A stretch of DNA of 28,497 nt from Raphidiopsis brookii D9 (lineage in GTDB: Bacteria; Cyanobacteriota; Cyanobacteriia; Cyanobacteriales; Nostocaceae). The DNA is taken from positions 1 through 28,497 of the forward strand of contig ACYB01000024.1 of assembly GCA_000175855.1 (NCBI GenBank). Reading direction: 5' to 3'. The stretch's first letter is position 1. The number at the start of each line of letters is the position of its first letter. The position numbers were made by a program, and so were the translations under genes. The notes beneath the pieces were generated by a model, which saw nothing but the letters and a program-made list of their open reading frames with translations, made no database searches and was not told where the DNA came from. Shown here piece after piece: positions 9,991-22,029 of the stretch.

Positions 9991-10767
9991 ATGCTAAATC
10001 TCTCCGGTAAAAATGCCCTGGTTACGGGGATTGCCAATAGTCGCTCTATTGCTTGGGGTATTGCCCAACAACTACATGCAGCTGGAGCTAATCTGGGAAT
10101 TACCTATTTGCCTGATGATAAGGGTAAGTTCGAAAAAAAGGTCTTGGACTTAGTTGAACCCCTTCAACCTAGTTTATTTCTCCCCTGTAATGTGGAGAAT
10201 GAAGAACAAATCCAATCTACTTTTGACGCTATTCAACAAAAATGGGGTAAGTTAGATATTCTTATTCATTGTCTAGCTTTTGCTAACAAGGAAGATTTAA
10301 GTGGGGATTTTAGTCAAACTTCTCGCTTAGGATTTAATAAAGCGTTAGAAGTTAGCACTTACTCTCTTATTCAGTTAAGTGGGGCAGCCAAACCTTTGAT
10401 GACAGAGGGCGGTAGTATTCTGACTCTTTCCTATTTGGGTGCAGTGCGTGCTATTCCTAACTATAATGTAATGGGAGTAGCTAAAGCTGGACTGGAAGCT
10501 AGTGTGCGTTACTTGGCAGCAGAACTAGGACCTCAAAATATTCGTGTCAATGGTATCTCCGCAGGTCCCATTCGCACCCTGGCTTCTTCTGCTGTAGGTG
10601 GTATTTTGGATATGATTCATCACGTTGAGCAAGTATCTCCTCTCAAACGTACTGTTACTCAACTAGAGGTAGGTAGTGCTGCTGCTTTTTTATGTAGTGA
10701 TTTATCTAGTGGAATTACTGGACAAATCCTATATGTAGATGCCGGATATGAAATTATGGGCATGTAA
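9991..10767 (+). CDS. fabI: enoyl-[acyl-carrier-protein] reductase (NADH)
   Basis: LSGKNALVTGIANSRSIAWGIAQQLHAAGANLGITYL ... GGSILTLSYLGAVRAIPNYNVMGVAKAGLEASVRYLAAELGP. ORF starts at 9757, but the family-consistent start is ATG 9991. Confidence 0.95.
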   Translation: MLNLSGKNALVTGIANSRSIAWGIAQQLHAAGANLGITYLPDDKGKFEKKVLDLVEPLQPSLFLPCNVENEEQIQSTFDAIQQKWGKLDILIHCLAFANKEDLSGDFSQTSRLGFNKALEVSTYSLIQLSGAAKPLMTEGGSILTLSYLGAVRAIPNYNVMGVAKAGLEASVRYLAAELGPQNIRVNGISAGPIRTLASSAVGGILDMIHHVEQVSPLKRTVTQLEVGSAAAFLCSDLSSGITGQILYVDAGYEIMGM

Positions 10768-10859
10768 CCTAGTTTGGGATATTAACCATCACCGACGTTC
10801 TACGTCGGTTAATGTTTTAATTGCTTGCTAATAAACTAATAACTAACTATGGGTTCACA

Positions 10860-11456
10860 ATGAGTAAAGAAAGATCTGCTACGGTTAAACGTGTTACAGG
10901 AGAAACCGATGTAACCGTATCCATTAACCTTGATGGTACTGGAATCTGTAAGTCTAATACGGGTATTTATTTTTTGGATCACATGATCCAGCAAATTGCC
11001 TCCCATGGTTTATTTGATTTAGATATTCAAGCTACGGGTGACTGGCAAATTGATGACCACCATACTAATGAGGATGTGGGTATTACTTTAGGTCAGGCTC
11101 TCCATCAGGCAATTGGTAATAAAAAGGGTATTGCCCGCTTCGGTCATTTCATCGCTCCTTTGGATGAAGCACTGATCCAAGTGGCTTTGGATTTCTCCGG
11201 TCGCCCCCATCTCAGTTATGGATTACATATTAGTACTCAAAGGGTGGGAACCTATGATACTCAACTAGTGCGAGAGTTTTTTGTGGCTTTAGTCAATCAT
11301 AGTCAAATGACTCTACATATTCGCCAACTAGATGGTATTAATTCTCATCATATTATTGAGGCTACCTTTAAAGCCTTTGCCAGAGCAATGCGCATGGCCG
11401 TGGAAATCGATCCCCGTCGCGCTCAAACTATTCCCAGTTCTAAGGGCGTACTATAG
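10860..11456 (+). CDS. hisB: imidazoleglycerol-phosphate dehydratase
   Basis: [80 protein letters not shown]. Confidence 0.97.
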   Translation: MSKERSATVKRVTGETDVTVSINLDGTGICKSNTGIYFLDHMIQQIASHGLFDLDIQATGDWQIDDHHTNEDVGITLGQALHQAIGNKKGIARFGHFIAPLDEALIQVALDFSGRPHLSYGLHISTQRVGTYDTQLVREFFVALVNHSQMTLHIRQLDGINSHHIIEATFKAFARAMRMAVEIDPRRAQTIPSSKGVL

Positions 11457-11475
11457 TTGATAATAAGATACATTC

Positions 11476-12423
11476 ATGTTTAACAATTCTCCAGCAATCC
11501 TCACCTCTCAGGTGGGCAAGGTTTACCGTACAGGATTTTGGTTGCATCGCAAGATTACATCTCTCCAAAACTGCTCCCTAGAAGTTTATCCAGGAGAAAC
11601 TTTTGGCCTTTTAGGACCTAATGGTGCAGGAAAAACTACTTTGTTAAAAATCTTACTGGGCATAAGTCGTCCTTCTAGTGGTAGAGGATTGTTGTTGGGG
11701 AAACCACTAGGCGATCGCTCGGTTAAACCATTTATTGGTTATTTACCAGAAAACCCGTATTATTACCATTATCTGACTGGCTACGAACTGTTAAAATTCA
11801 CAGCGGGGGATTTACGAATTTCCTCCCGTGTACAGCAACAACTGATAGCTGATCTATTAGAACTAATCGGGTTATCCCAAAATCAAGCTCGCAAACAAAG
11901 GATTGGTTCCTATTCCAAGGGAATGGTTCGACGAATTGGTTTAGCCCAGGCATTGGTCAATGATCCAGAAGTGCTGTTTCTGGATGAGCCTATGTCCGGA
12001 CTTGATCCCTTAGCACAAGGTAAAATAGGAGAAATTATCCTTTCACTTAAATCTTCAGGAAAGACCATCTTTTTGAACAGTCATGTATTAGGAGACATGG
12101 AAGAGATTTGCGATCGCATTGGCATATTAAATCAAGGAGAAATAATTTGCACTGGATCCCTGAGTGAATTATTAGGTGAAGAGAAGGCCTATCACATTCG
12201 GGGTCAAGGAGGGGATAAGGAGATATTGCAAAAAAGATTGGGGGAGGTACAATTTGAACGGGAGGCTATATGGCATGGCATCTTAAAACAAGACTTATAT
12301 GATTTTCTTGCCAGTTTGCGGTTAATGGGTGGGAAAGTGATTAAAATAAGCTTATGTCGTCAGTCATTGGAGGATTTTTTTATTCAAAAGTTATCCCAGT
12401 TATCGGAACCGACTAAAAATTAG
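11476..12423 (+). CDS. ABC transporter ATP-binding protein
   Basis: Walker A GPNGAGKTT, signature SYSKGMVRRIGLAQAL, Walker B EVLFLDEPMSGLDP, switch HVLGDMEEICDR. Confidence 0.95.
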   Translation: MFNNSPAILTSQVGKVYRTGFWLHRKITSLQNCSLEVYPGETFGLLGPNGAGKTTLLKILLGISRPSSGRGLLLGKPLGDRSVKPFIGYLPENPYYYHYLTGYELLKFTAGDLRISSRVQQQLIADLLELIGLSQNQARKQRIGSYSKGMVRRIGLAQALVNDPEVLFLDEPMSGLDPLAQGKIGEIILSLKSSGKTIFLNSHVLGDMEEICDRIGILNQGEIICTGSLSELLGEEKAYHIRGQGGDKEILQKRLGEVQFEREAIWHGILKQDLYDFLASLRLMGGKVIKISLCRQSLEDFFIQKLSQLSEPTKN

Positions 12424-12570
12424 CAATAGCAACCAGTCTTTAACCCCAATTTCTAACCCCAAAATGCGTTTGTTTCATCTTGCTCAAAGTTCCTCTGTTT
12501 GAGTGAGCTGTATAAAGCTATATTTCCAAATTTTTTCAGACGTTATAATGTTTAAACTTTACTCTTACAG

Positions 12571-14388
12571 ATGCCAAGCACAAACTCTCAGGTAAAAATG
12601 GTTAACAAAAACTTCTGGAAACCTATTATCCACTCAAGCACAGCCCTAGTCTTACTGACTACCCTTAATACAGCCTGGCCATTAGTCAGTCTAGCTCAAT
12701 CAAGACTTCAGTCCAAAGTAAATTCTGCTAGTTCTAGTCTATTTACGGATTACCTATTAGGTGGTGGAGATCGGATTCGTGTGAACGTTTTTGAAGCACC
12801 AGAATACACAGGGGAATATCAAATTCCCCCGGGGGGAGAAATCAACATGCCATTAATTGGCAGCATTCCAGTTTCTGGACTAACAACTCAACAAGCAGCG
12901 GACGAAATAGCCAGAAGATATGCTCGATTTCTCAAACGCCCTTTAATTTCAGTAAATCTGTTAGCTCCCCGTCCCATCAACATTTTTGTTGCTGGAGAGG
13001 TGACACGACCTGGGTCCTATAGCTTGAGTTTACAAGGAACAGGAGGTAACAATCCTGGTGTGCAATATCCTACAGTATTAGCGGCCCTGACCACCGCAGA
13101 GGGAGTAACACTGGCAGCGGATGTCACCAAAGTACAACTACGACGTAAAGTCGGACGTTCTGGAGAACAAGTGGTAAATCTCAACCTGAAAGAAATTACC
13201 CAAACTGGAAGAATACCCATAGACATTACTCTCAGAGATGGAGACACCATATTTGTTCCCACAGCCACAGATTTTAATGTAGCTGAATCCCGCAATTTAT
13301 TTGCAGCCAGCTATGCTGCTAGTAGAACCGCACCACGCAAAGTAGCCATTATTGGTCAGGTTGACCGTCCCGGTTCCTATTTTCTAAGTGGAAATGATAG
13401 TGCTGGGTTGCCCACACTGATGCGAGCTATTCAATTATCGGGAGGAATTACATCCCAAGCCGATGTGCGCAACATCAAGATTCGTCGTCCCACTAGAACT
13501 GGTAAGGAACAAACCCTAAACATCAATTTGTGGGAACTACTGCAAAACGGAGATTCAAATCAAGATGTGGTAGTGCAAGAGGGTGACACTATTATAGTTC
13601 CCACTGTAACACAAGTCAACAGAGCAGAGGTAACCCGACTGGCCGCTACCACCCTAGCTGCTAGTAGAACCGCACCACGCAGAGTAGCCATTATTGGTCA
13701 AGTTTTCCGTCCTGGTTCCTATTTGGTTGCAGCAGGGGGTGGAAATGATAGTGGAAATGATAGTGGTGGGTTGCCCACGGTGATGCGAGCTATTCAATTA
13801 TCCGGGGGAATTACATCTCAAGCTGATGTGCGCAACATCAAGGTTCGTCGTCCTCCTACCAGAACTAATAAAGAACAAACCTTGAACATCAACTTGTGGG
13901 AATTACTGCAAACCGGAGATTTAGATCAAGATGTGGTGGTAGAAGACGGCGACACTATTATTGTTCCCACTGCAACAGAAGTGAACACAGCAGAGGTAAC
14001 CCAACTGGCTACCACCACCCTATCACCCGCAACAATCAAAGTGGGAGTAGTCGGGGAGGTAAAAAAACCAGGGGTTACGGACCTTCAGCCCAACAGTTCT
14101 TTAAACCAAGCTTTATTAGCAGCTGGCGGATTCAATGATGCTAGAGCAAGTAGCAGTTCAGTAGACTTGGTTCGTCTTAATCCTAATGGTACAGTTACTA
14201 AACGAGCAGTAAAGGTTGACTTTTCTAAAGGGATCAATGAGGAGACTAACCCTATCCTGCGCAATAATGATGTTATAGTGGTTAACCGTTCCGTTCTAGC
14301 TAGAACAGGAGATGCTTTAGGTGCGGTTACTGCTCCCTTAGCTCCCATATTTAGCGTCATTAGTCTATTCCGACTGCTTGGACTTTAG
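12571..14388 (+). CDS. Wza-like polysaccharide export protein with repeated SLBB domains
   Basis: Signal-like N-terminus; GDRIRVNVFEAPEYTGEYQIPPGGEINMPLIGSIPVSGLT (Poly_export domain) followed by repeated SLBB units VAIIGQV-RPGSY...GLPT-MRAIQLSGGITSQADVRNIK-RRP. Confidence 0.9.
   Translation: MPSTNSQVKMVNKNFWKPIIHSSTALVLLTTLNTAWPLVSLAQSRLQSKVNSASSSLFTDYLLGGGDRIRVNVFEAPEYTGEYQIPPGGEINMPLIGSIPVSGLTTQQAADEIARRYARFLKRPLISVNLLAPRPINIFVAGEVTRPGSYSLSLQGTGGNNPGVQYPTVLAALTTAEGVTLAADVTKVQLRRKVGRSGEQVVNLNLKEITQTGRIPIDITLRDGDTIFVPTATDFNVAESRNLFAASYAASRTAPRKVAIIGQVDRPGSYFLSGNDSAGLPTLMRAIQLSGGITSQADVRNIKIRRPTRTGKEQTLNINLWELLQNGDSNQDVVVQEGDTIIVPTVTQVNRAEVTRLAATTLAASRTAPRRVAIIGQVFRPGSYLVAAGGGNDSGNDSGGLPTVMRAIQLSGGITSQADVRNIKVRRPPTRTNKEQTLNINLWELLQTGDLDQDVVVEDGDTIIVPTATEVNTAEVTQLATTTLSPATIKVGVVGEVKKPGVTDLQPNSSLNQALLAAGGFNDARASSSSVDLVRLNPNGTVTKRAVKVDFSKGINEETNPILRNNDVIVVNRSVLARTGDALGAVTAPLAPIFSVISLFRLLGL
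13315..14010 (+). repeat. Two tandem SLBB-encoding direct repeats, about 342-bp period
   Basis: gctgctagtagaaccgcaccacgc begins at 13315 and recurs at 13657 (342 bp = 114 codons), followed in both by near-identical SLBB coding sequence. Confidence 0.85.
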
Positions 14389-14646
14389 CCGTAGGGGGGT
14401 ATGTCAACACTGATGTGGCTAGACTTGTTAGTTTATTCATGCTACCCCCTTACCACAGACGTTAAAACTACACTTTTACAAGTTTTTATAAGTATAGTGT
14501 AGATATTAAATACATATTAAACATTAAAATATATAATCGAAATTAGCTATATCAGTCTTCCCACTGTAACAATCAGCTAAGTTAGAAGAGAACTAACCTG
14601 AGTTCTCCGTGGCTAAGGCTATAAATATCTACAAATAGGAGGTTAA

Positions 14647-15669
<1,023 letters not shown>

Positions 15670-15779
15670 CTTCTACTGTTTGTATTTCTTATCATTCCTC
15701 TATCATTCGTCTGGGCTTAATTATTCACCAAGTGCCATTTTCCGTAAATCCTGAACCTAAGAAAATCATGGAGTATACT

Positions 15780-16784
15780 ATGTCTAAAAACTTACTAGAT
15801 CAGTTGCGTGAAGTAACAGTGGTTGTAGCAGATACTGGTGATATTCAAGCTATTGAAAAATTTAAACCCCAGGATGCAACAACAAATCCCTCTTTAATTA
15901 CTGCAGCAGCTCAAATACCTGAATATCAACATATTGTTGACCAAACTCTTATTAAGGCTAAGAAAGATGCTGGAAATAGGGCTAGTCACCAAGAGGTGGT
16001 TTCTCTAGCTTTTGACCGCTTGGCAGTTTCCTTTGGTTTGAAGATTCTGCAAATTATTCCTGGTCGGGTTTCTACGGAGGTGGATGCTCGTTTGTCATAC
16101 GATACTGATGGAACTGTGACTAAGGCTAGATATTTGATTTCTGAGTATCAAGCAGCAGGAATTTCTGCAGACCGGGTTTTGATTAAGATTGCTGCTACTT
16201 GGGAAGGCATTAAAGCGGCGGAAATTTTAGAAAAAGAGGGTATTCACTGCAATTTAACTCTATTGTTTGGAATTCATCAGGCCATAGCCTGTGCTGAAGC
16301 TGGAATTACCCTGATTTCTCCTTTTGTGGGACGAATTCTAGATTGGTATAAAAAAGACACAGGCAGATCTAGCTATCCCCCCGCAGAAGACCCTGGTGTG
16401 TTATCGGTAACTAAAATCTATAATTATTATAAGAAGTTCGGTTATCAGACTGAGGTCATGGGTGCTAGTTTCCGTAATATGGGGGAAATTACTGAATTGG
16501 CAGGTTGTGATTTGTTGACTATTTCTCCCGCTTTGTTATCGGAATTGCAAAATACTGTGGCTGATTTACCTCGGAAACTAGATCCCGTAACTACTTCTGG
16601 TTTGTCTATTGATAAAATATCGGTTGATCAGTCCACTTTTGAGCGCATGCATACTGCCGATCGCATGGCTTCGGATAAACTAAGGGAAGGAATTGATGGT
16701 TTTACTAAGGCTTTAATCAGTCTAGAGGAATTACTAACAGCTAGATTAAGTCGTTTAGAAACAGAAATGGTAGGCGTTGGTTAA
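15780..16784 (+). CDS. tal: transaldolase
   Basis: [37 protein letters not shown] ... [46 protein letters not shown] opens at 15732; MSKNLL at 15780 (or MEYTM at 15768) is the likely start. Confidence 0.95.
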   Translation: MSKNLLDQLREVTVVVADTGDIQAIEKFKPQDATTNPSLITAAAQIPEYQHIVDQTLIKAKKDAGNRASHQEVVSLAFDRLAVSFGLKILQIIPGRVSTEVDARLSYDTDGTVTKARYLISEYQAAGISADRVLIKIAATWEGIKAAEILEKEGIHCNLTLLFGIHQAIACAEAGITLISPFVGRILDWYKKDTGRSSYPPAEDPGVLSVTKIYNYYKKFGYQTEVMGASFRNMGEITELAGCDLLTISPALLSELQNTVADLPRKLDPVTTSGLSIDKISVDQSTFERMHTADRMASDKLREGIDGFTKALISLEELLTARLSRLETEMVGVG

Positions 16785-16973
16785 ACAACTGAGATTTTGA
16801 ATTTTAGACTGGATGGAGAAATTGCCCAGATCCTTCACGGATATAGGCAATTTCTGATTATGACTTTACATTGAATTTCATGCTATTTTGGAATGTGGAA
16901 AATAAAAATCAACAAAATATTTATACTAGCCGAAAGCAAGTTAATTAAGGATTAGAGAGGGATATCCAAGGTA

Positions 16974-18773
16974 ATGGCGCTCATAGTTCAAAAATACGGT
17001 GGTACTTCCGTTGGTTCTGTGGAACGTATTCAAGCGGTAGCCAGGCGCATCTATGGCACTGCACAGGTGGGAAATTCTGTTGTGGTTGTGGTTTCTGCTA
17101 TGGGAAAAACCACTGATGGGTTAGTAAAGCTGGCCCATGAAATTTCCCCCAGTCCTACTCGTCGGGAAATGGATATGTTGCTTTCCACGGGAGAGCAGGT
17201 AACTATTGCTCTCCTGAGTATGGCTCTACAAGAAATTGGCCAGCCAGCTATTTCTCTGACTGGGGCACAGGTAGGTATTGTTACTGAAGCAGAACATACT
17301 CGCGCTCGGATTTTACACATTGAAACTGAACGGTTAATTAGCCATTTAAATGCTGGTCAGGTGGTCGTAGTTGCAGGTTTTCAAGGAATTTCTAACACTT
17401 CAGCTATGGAAATTACTACCCTGGGACGTGGAGGGTCTGATACTTCAGCAGTAGCTTTGGCTGCGGCTTTAAAGGCTGATTTCTGTGAGATTTACACGGA
17501 TGTACCTGGTATTTTAACTACTGATCCCCGGTTGGTACCGGAGGCTCAGTTAATGAAGGAAATTACTTGTGATGAAATGCTGGAATTGGCTAGTTTGGGT
17601 GCTAAGGTGTTACATCCTAGGGCGGTGGAAATTGCCAAGAATTATGGTGTACCTTTGGTGGTGAGATCCAGTTGGACTGACCAACCAGGAACTTGGGTAA
17701 CATCTAATAAGGTTCAAGAACGGGCCATGATCAATTTAGAGTTGGCTCGCCCTGTGGATGCGGTAGAGTTTGATATTGATCAGGCTAAAATCTCTTTATT
17801 ACGCGTCCCAGATCGACCAGGAGTGGCAGCTCGATTATTTAATGAGATTGCCGATCAGCAGGTGGATGTGGATTTGATTATTCAATCAATTCATGAGGGT
17901 AATTCTAATGATATTGCTTTTACTGTAAATACACCTATTTTAAACCGAGCGGAGGCTGTGGCTTCAGATATTGCTCCAGCTTTGAGAAATAACGATGGCT
18001 CTGATGAAGCGGAGGTGTTTGTAGAAAGGAATACTGCAAAAATCAGTATTTCTGGAGCAGGGATGATTGGCCGCCCCGGAGTAGCTGCTAAAATGTTTAC
18101 TGCTTTGGCTAAAGCTGGTGTAAATATTCAGATGATTTCTACTAGTGAAGTTAAAGTTAGTTGTTTGGTTGATGCAGTAGATTGCGATCGCGCTATTTTA
18201 TCTCTCTGTCAGGAGTTTGAAGTTAATGCGTCTACACGTAATGGTTCTTCTTCGGACTCTATATATTCCACTGTATGTGGTGTTGCATTGGATATGAATC
18301 AGTCCCGACTGGCAATTCGTCGTGTGCCAGATCAACCGGGTATAGCTGCAAAGTTGTTCGGTTTACTGGCTGAATCTAATATCAGTGTGGATATGATTAT
18401 TCAGTCTCAACGCTGTCGGGTAATTGATGGCGTACTTTGTCGGGATATAGCTTTTACTACCAACCGTACGGATGGAGAAAATGCTCAAGCTAAAATCAGT
18501 CAAGTTGCTGCACAGTTAGGATGGGGAGAAGTCATCCTGGATCAGTCCATTGCCAAGGTTAGTGTGGTGGGTTCGGGAATGGTTGGTCAACCAGGGGTAG
18601 CAGCTAAAATGTTCACAGCTTTGGCGCAAAATCAAATTAATATTCAAATGATTACTACTTCAGAAATCAAAATTAGCTGTGTTGTATCAGAAGAAGAAGG
18701 GGTTAAGGCATTACAGATAATCCACACCGCTTTTGGATTAGCTGGAACCCATAAGTTTGTGGTCCCAGCATAA
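16974..18773 (+). CDS. lysC: aspartate kinase with long ACT-repeat C-terminal region
   Basis: [13 protein letters not shown] start motif, [19 protein letters not shown], and two consecutive ACT tandem pairs ([28 protein letters not shown] ... [17 protein letters not shown]; [23 protein letters not shown] ... [17 protein letters not shown]). Confidence 0.96.
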   Translation: MALIVQKYGGTSVGSVERIQAVARRIYGTAQVGNSVVVVVSAMGKTTDGLVKLAHEISPSPTRREMDMLLSTGEQVTIALLSMALQEIGQPAISLTGAQVGIVTEAEHTRARILHIETERLISHLNAGQVVVVAGFQGISNTSAMEITTLGRGGSDTSAVALAAALKADFCEIYTDVPGILTTDPRLVPEAQLMKEITCDEMLELASLGAKVLHPRAVEIAKNYGVPLVVRSSWTDQPGTWVTSNKVQERAMINLELARPVDAVEFDIDQAKISLLRVPDRPGVAARLFNEIADQQVDVDLIIQSIHEGNSNDIAFTVNTPILNRAEAVASDIAPALRNNDGSDEAEVFVERNTAKISISGAGMIGRPGVAAKMFTALAKAGVNIQMISTSEVKVSCLVDAVDCDRAILSLCQEFEVNASTRNGSSSDSIYSTVCGVALDMNQSRLAIRRVPDQPGIAAKLFGLLAESNISVDMIIQSQRCRVIDGVLCRDIAFTTNRTDGENAQAKISQVAAQLGWGEVILDQSIAKVSVVGSGMVGQPGVAAKMFTALAQNQINIQMITTSEIKISCVVSEEEGVKALQIIHTAFGLAGTHKFVVPA

Positions 18774-18780
18774 TCTGGTT

Positions 18781-20628
18781 CTAACTGTTACGTTGTTGGC
18801 TTAGTATGCGGTAGGAGTGTTGAAAATCGTCAATGGTGATCCTGATGGCTGCAGGATCGGTTTCCCCCTTAGCGCGAAACCGCCTAATTGCCTCTACGGA
18901 TGCTTGGTTACATAACAAAACTAAATCCGCTCCATTCCAACCTTCCGTCGTCTGGGCCCAATATTCTAAGTCTACATCCAATAGGGGTCTACCTTCAGTA
19001 TAAACTCGTAGAATTTCCAAGCGACTGGCTAAGTTAGGTAGATCAACTTTTAATTGTAGATCTAATCTTCCAGCTCTTAATAGAGCTGGATCTAACGCGT
19101 CTGGACGGTTAGTAGCTCCTATTACTAGAATATTAGTACCAGTTTCCAATCCGTCCAATTCTGTTAATAGTTGTCCTACTACCCGATTACTAACCCCTGA
19201 GTCTCCAGTATAAGTACCACGAGCGGGGGCTAGGGTATCAATTTCATCAATGAATATGACGCAGGGATCCGCTTGTCGAGCTTTAGCAAATAGTTCTCTT
19301 ACTGCTTGTTCGCTTGCTCCTACCCAACGGGTGAGTAGTTCTGGTCCGTTAACTCCAATGAAATTGGCCCTGGCCTGGGAAGCTACTGCTTTGGCTAATA
19401 GGGTTTTACCAGTTCCGGGTGGACCCCATAGTAAAATCCCTCTGGGCGCTACTGCTTTCGTTTGACGGTAGAGTTCCGGATATAGTAACGCCCCCTCTAC
19501 GGATTCTCTCAAGGTTTGTTTGATGGCTTCTAGTCCCCCAATGTCCTCCCATTCTACATGGGGAACTTCTACCTCCATGCTCCGCAGCACTGCTGGTTTG
19601 ATTTCTTTGAGCGCTTGCAGAAAATCTGACTGGTTCACCGTCATGGTTTCAGGAATCTCTGTTTCCATGGATGGAACTTGACGGCGCAGGGCCATGTAGG
19701 CTGCTTTTTGGCAAACAGCTTTTAAGTCAGCTCCTACAAATCCTACAGTGCGATCGCTAATAAATTCTAAGTCCACAGTTTCATCTAAGGGCATGGCACG
19801 GGTAAGAACTTGCAGAATTTCTTTACGTCCGTTAGCGTCGGGAATGCGAAACTGAATTTCTCGATCAAACCTTCCTGGACGACGCAGAGCTGGATCTAAA
19901 TGATCTGGACGGTTAGTAGCAGCCAGTACAATTACGCCTGGTGTGTGAGAAAACCCATCCATTAAGCCTAATAACTGGGCAACTAACCGTTTTTCTACTT
20001 CTCCCTCCACTGCACTGCGGTCAGGGGCCAGACTATCAATTTCATCAATAAAAATAATGCAGGGGGCATTTTTAGCAGCTTTTTCAAAAATACCCCTCAG
20101 TTTTTGTTCCGCTTCACCATAGTATTTGCTAATCACCTCTGGACCCACCAGGGCAATATAATTTACCCCCAGTTCTTCCGCTAAAGCACGAGCTGTGAGG
20201 GTTTTACCAGTACCGGGAGGACCAACTAAAAGGACCCCATGGGTTGGTTCTAGACCAAGTTTAGCCAGCAGATCTGGCCGTTTTAAGGGGATGGCAATTA
20301 ATTCTTTGAGCTCTTTGACTACCTGACTTAAACCACCTATGTCTTTCAGGGAAATACCAGAATTTTCAGGGGGAGTGGCTGAATCTGATGACCCATTAGA
20401 GGGTTGGGGAGCAGCTGGGGAGGAGGGGGTGCGAATGCGACTAGTACCAATATCATTGATATTACTGTTTTTAGCTGCACTACGGGGAATATTACCTGTT
20501 CTGGGAATACTACTCAGGGGACGAGAGTTGACCTGTATATCTGTTTTTACCTCTCCACTCTCGATTTTTTCTTCTAATGTTTTAACCAACTCTAGAAACT
20601 GCTCAAATCCTTTGAATAGGTCACTCAT
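18781..20628 (-). CDS. Cdc48-like double AAA+ ATPase
   Basis: Two full AAA modules: GPPGTGKTLTARALAEELG/IIFIDEIDSLAPDR/ATNRPDHLDPALRRPGRFDREI and GPPGTGKTLLAKAVASQ/VIFIDEIDTLAP/ATNRPDALDPALLRAGRLD. Short coiled/low-complexity N-terminus instead of the classical Cdc48 N-domain. Confidence 0.93.
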   Translation of the reverse strand: MSDLFKGFEQFLELVKTLEEKIESGEVKTDIQVNSRPLSSIPRTGNIPRSAAKNSNINDIGTSRIRTPSSPAAPQPSNGSSDSATPPENSGISLKDIGGLSQVVKELKELIAIPLKRPDLLAKLGLEPTHGVLLVGPPGTGKTLTARALAEELGVNYIALVGPEVISKYYGEAEQKLRGIFEKAAKNAPCIIFIDEIDSLAPDRSAVEGEVEKRLVAQLLGLMDGFSHTPGVIVLAATNRPDHLDPALRRPGRFDREIQFRIPDANGRKEILQVLTRAMPLDETVDLEFISDRTVGFVGADLKAVCQKAAYMALRRQVPSMETEIPETMTVNQSDFLQALKEIKPAVLRSMEVEVPHVEWEDIGGLEAIKQTLRESVEGALLYPELYRQTKAVAPRGILLWGPPGTGKTLLAKAVASQARANFIGVNGPELLTRWVGASEQAVRELFAKARQADPCVIFIDEIDTLAPARGTYTGDSGVSNRVVGQLLTELDGLETGTNILVIGATNRPDALDPALLRAGRLDLQLKVDLPNLASRLEILRVYTEGRPLLDVDLEYWAQTTEGWNGADLVLLCNQASVEAIRRFRAKGETDPAAIRITIDDFQHSYRILSQQRNS

Positions 20629-20666
20629 AAGTCTTAATAGGTCTGGGTAAATGTGATGTACTAGTT

Positions 20667-21971
20667 TTATTTCTCAAATGCAAACAAAAGATTAGCCGCA
20701 CCTTTGATTCTTTCCATGGGCTCTACTGATCTAGGTAGCAGGGGTAGGTGAATAATTGTTTGTTCGGGAAATAAATTGTGATCAACTTCCACTGCTTGAG
20801 TATAGCGATTTTGTACTACATACCTTTGTTCAATGCCCATGTTTTTCAAAGATGCGGTTAACCGAACATGTTCTGATGTAATAGCCGATTCCGCCTGAAT
20901 TACGCCCACAAATTGGGTATGACGGGGGTCTTTCAATTTCTTTTGCGCTTTTACTACCTGTTGTCGCAGCTGTCGCAATCTACCAATGAAGTCTACCCGA
21001 CCTAAAACATCCTGATATTTCATCCATAGCTTAAAGATCCAGGATAACCAATCTCCTAAAGCGGAAGGCATGGATAAAAATTGTAACAGATGTCCCGTAG
21101 GCGCTGTGTCTAGAATAATCAAATCTTGCTGGTTAGTTTCTAAAAGGTTATTGATTGTGATTAAGGATAGCATTTCGTCAATACCCGGTAATGCTTGAGA
21201 CATAATTTGTCTCCATGCTTCCGGTAGGTAGGCAATGTTTACGTCTGTATCCTTGGTTGTTCCTTCCCCACTAATCATATCTGCCAATTCCCACAGATAA
21301 TCAGTACGGAACTGGTCTAATATTTTGTCAGCATCTATTTCTTGTCCACATAGGTTGGGAGTGATTGCTTGGGAATCATGTCCTAATTTTTGACCAAATG
21401 CATCCCCAAGAGAATGTGCTGGATCTATGGAGATCACGCTAATATTTTTTTGGGGATAATGACTAGCAAAGGCCCAACTCATTGCTGCTGATACTGTTGT
21501 TTTCCCCACTCCTCCTTTTCCACCCACAATAATTAGTTTACAACCCTGGGCAAGAAAATCAGTAAAACTAGGTGGTATTCTCTGGGGCCAATGAATTATG
21601 GGTGGTGCTACCCCTTCCACATGACTGATATGTTGAATTTCTCCAGCCAATTTATCCAGTGCTTGACTACCTAAAGGGGGCGGCGGGTTGTTGGGAATAA
21701 TAAATACGGGTTGTCCTGGGGAAAGATTTAGGAACTTTTGCACATAGTTCTGTTGTTCCGCATATCGATCCTGATCTATAATGGGATCTGTTAAAATTCG
21801 ATTGATTAGAATTCCTCCAAAGGGAACTTCTAAGGTATTTAGCTGTTCTAGGAATCTTTCGGTTTCTGCTAAACACATTGGTTCGGCAATCCCGACTATT
21901 AAAAACCCTGTGAATTGACTGTCTTGCAGTAGTCTTCTACTCTCTGATAGTTGAAATTTGAAGTCAATCAA
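20667..21971 (-). CDS. ArsA/Get3-like ATPase, C-terminal portion (downstream fragment of frameshifted gene)
   Basis: Contains second P-loop LIIVGGKGGVGKTTVSAAMSWAFA, VISIDPAHSLGDAFG, LIILDTAPTGHLLQFL. First ~140 aa are the end of a preceding ArsA domain (RRLLQDSQFTGFLIVGIAEPMCLAETERFLEQL...). The frame stays open upstream of the nominal TTG start to the homopolymer at 22034-22040. Confidence 0.88.
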   Translation of the reverse strand: MIDFKFQLSESRRLLQDSQFTGFLIVGIAEPMCLAETERFLEQLNTLEVPFGGILINRILTDPIIDQDRYAEQQNYVQKFLNLSPGQPVFIIPNNPPPPLGSQALDKLAGEIQHISHVEGVAPPIIHWPQRIPPSFTDFLAQGCKLIIVGGKGGVGKTTVSAAMSWAFASHYPQKNISVISIDPAHSLGDAFGQKLGHDSQAITPNLCGQEIDADKILDQFRTDYLWELADMISGEGTTKDTDVNIAYLPEAWRQIMSQALPGIDEMLSLITINNLLETNQQDLIILDTAPTGHLLQFLSMPSALGDWLSWIFKLWMKYQDVLGRVDFIGRLRQLRQQVVKAQKKLKDPRHTQFVGVIQAESAITSEHVRLTASLKNMGIEQRYVVQNRYTQAVEVDHNLFPEQTIIHLPLLPRSVEPMERIKGAANLLFAFEK

Positions 21972-22029
21972 AAAGTCGTCTACTGCATCTGGTTGATAGG
22001 TTCCAGTGAAACTTTCGGTGATTACCTGA

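Noticed and set aside
13017-14360. ORFs 13017..13295 (-), 13896..14138 (+), 14085..14360 (-)
   Set aside because: All lie inside the well-supported SLBB exporter gene in other frames.
17051-17320. Minus-strand 89-aa ORF, and similarly 15210..15401 (-)
   Set aside because: Antisense shadows of lysC and gap, respectively.
19250-20650. Plus-strand ORFs 19250..19465 and 20339..20650
   Set aside because: Antisense to the AAA ATPase gene; no independent support.
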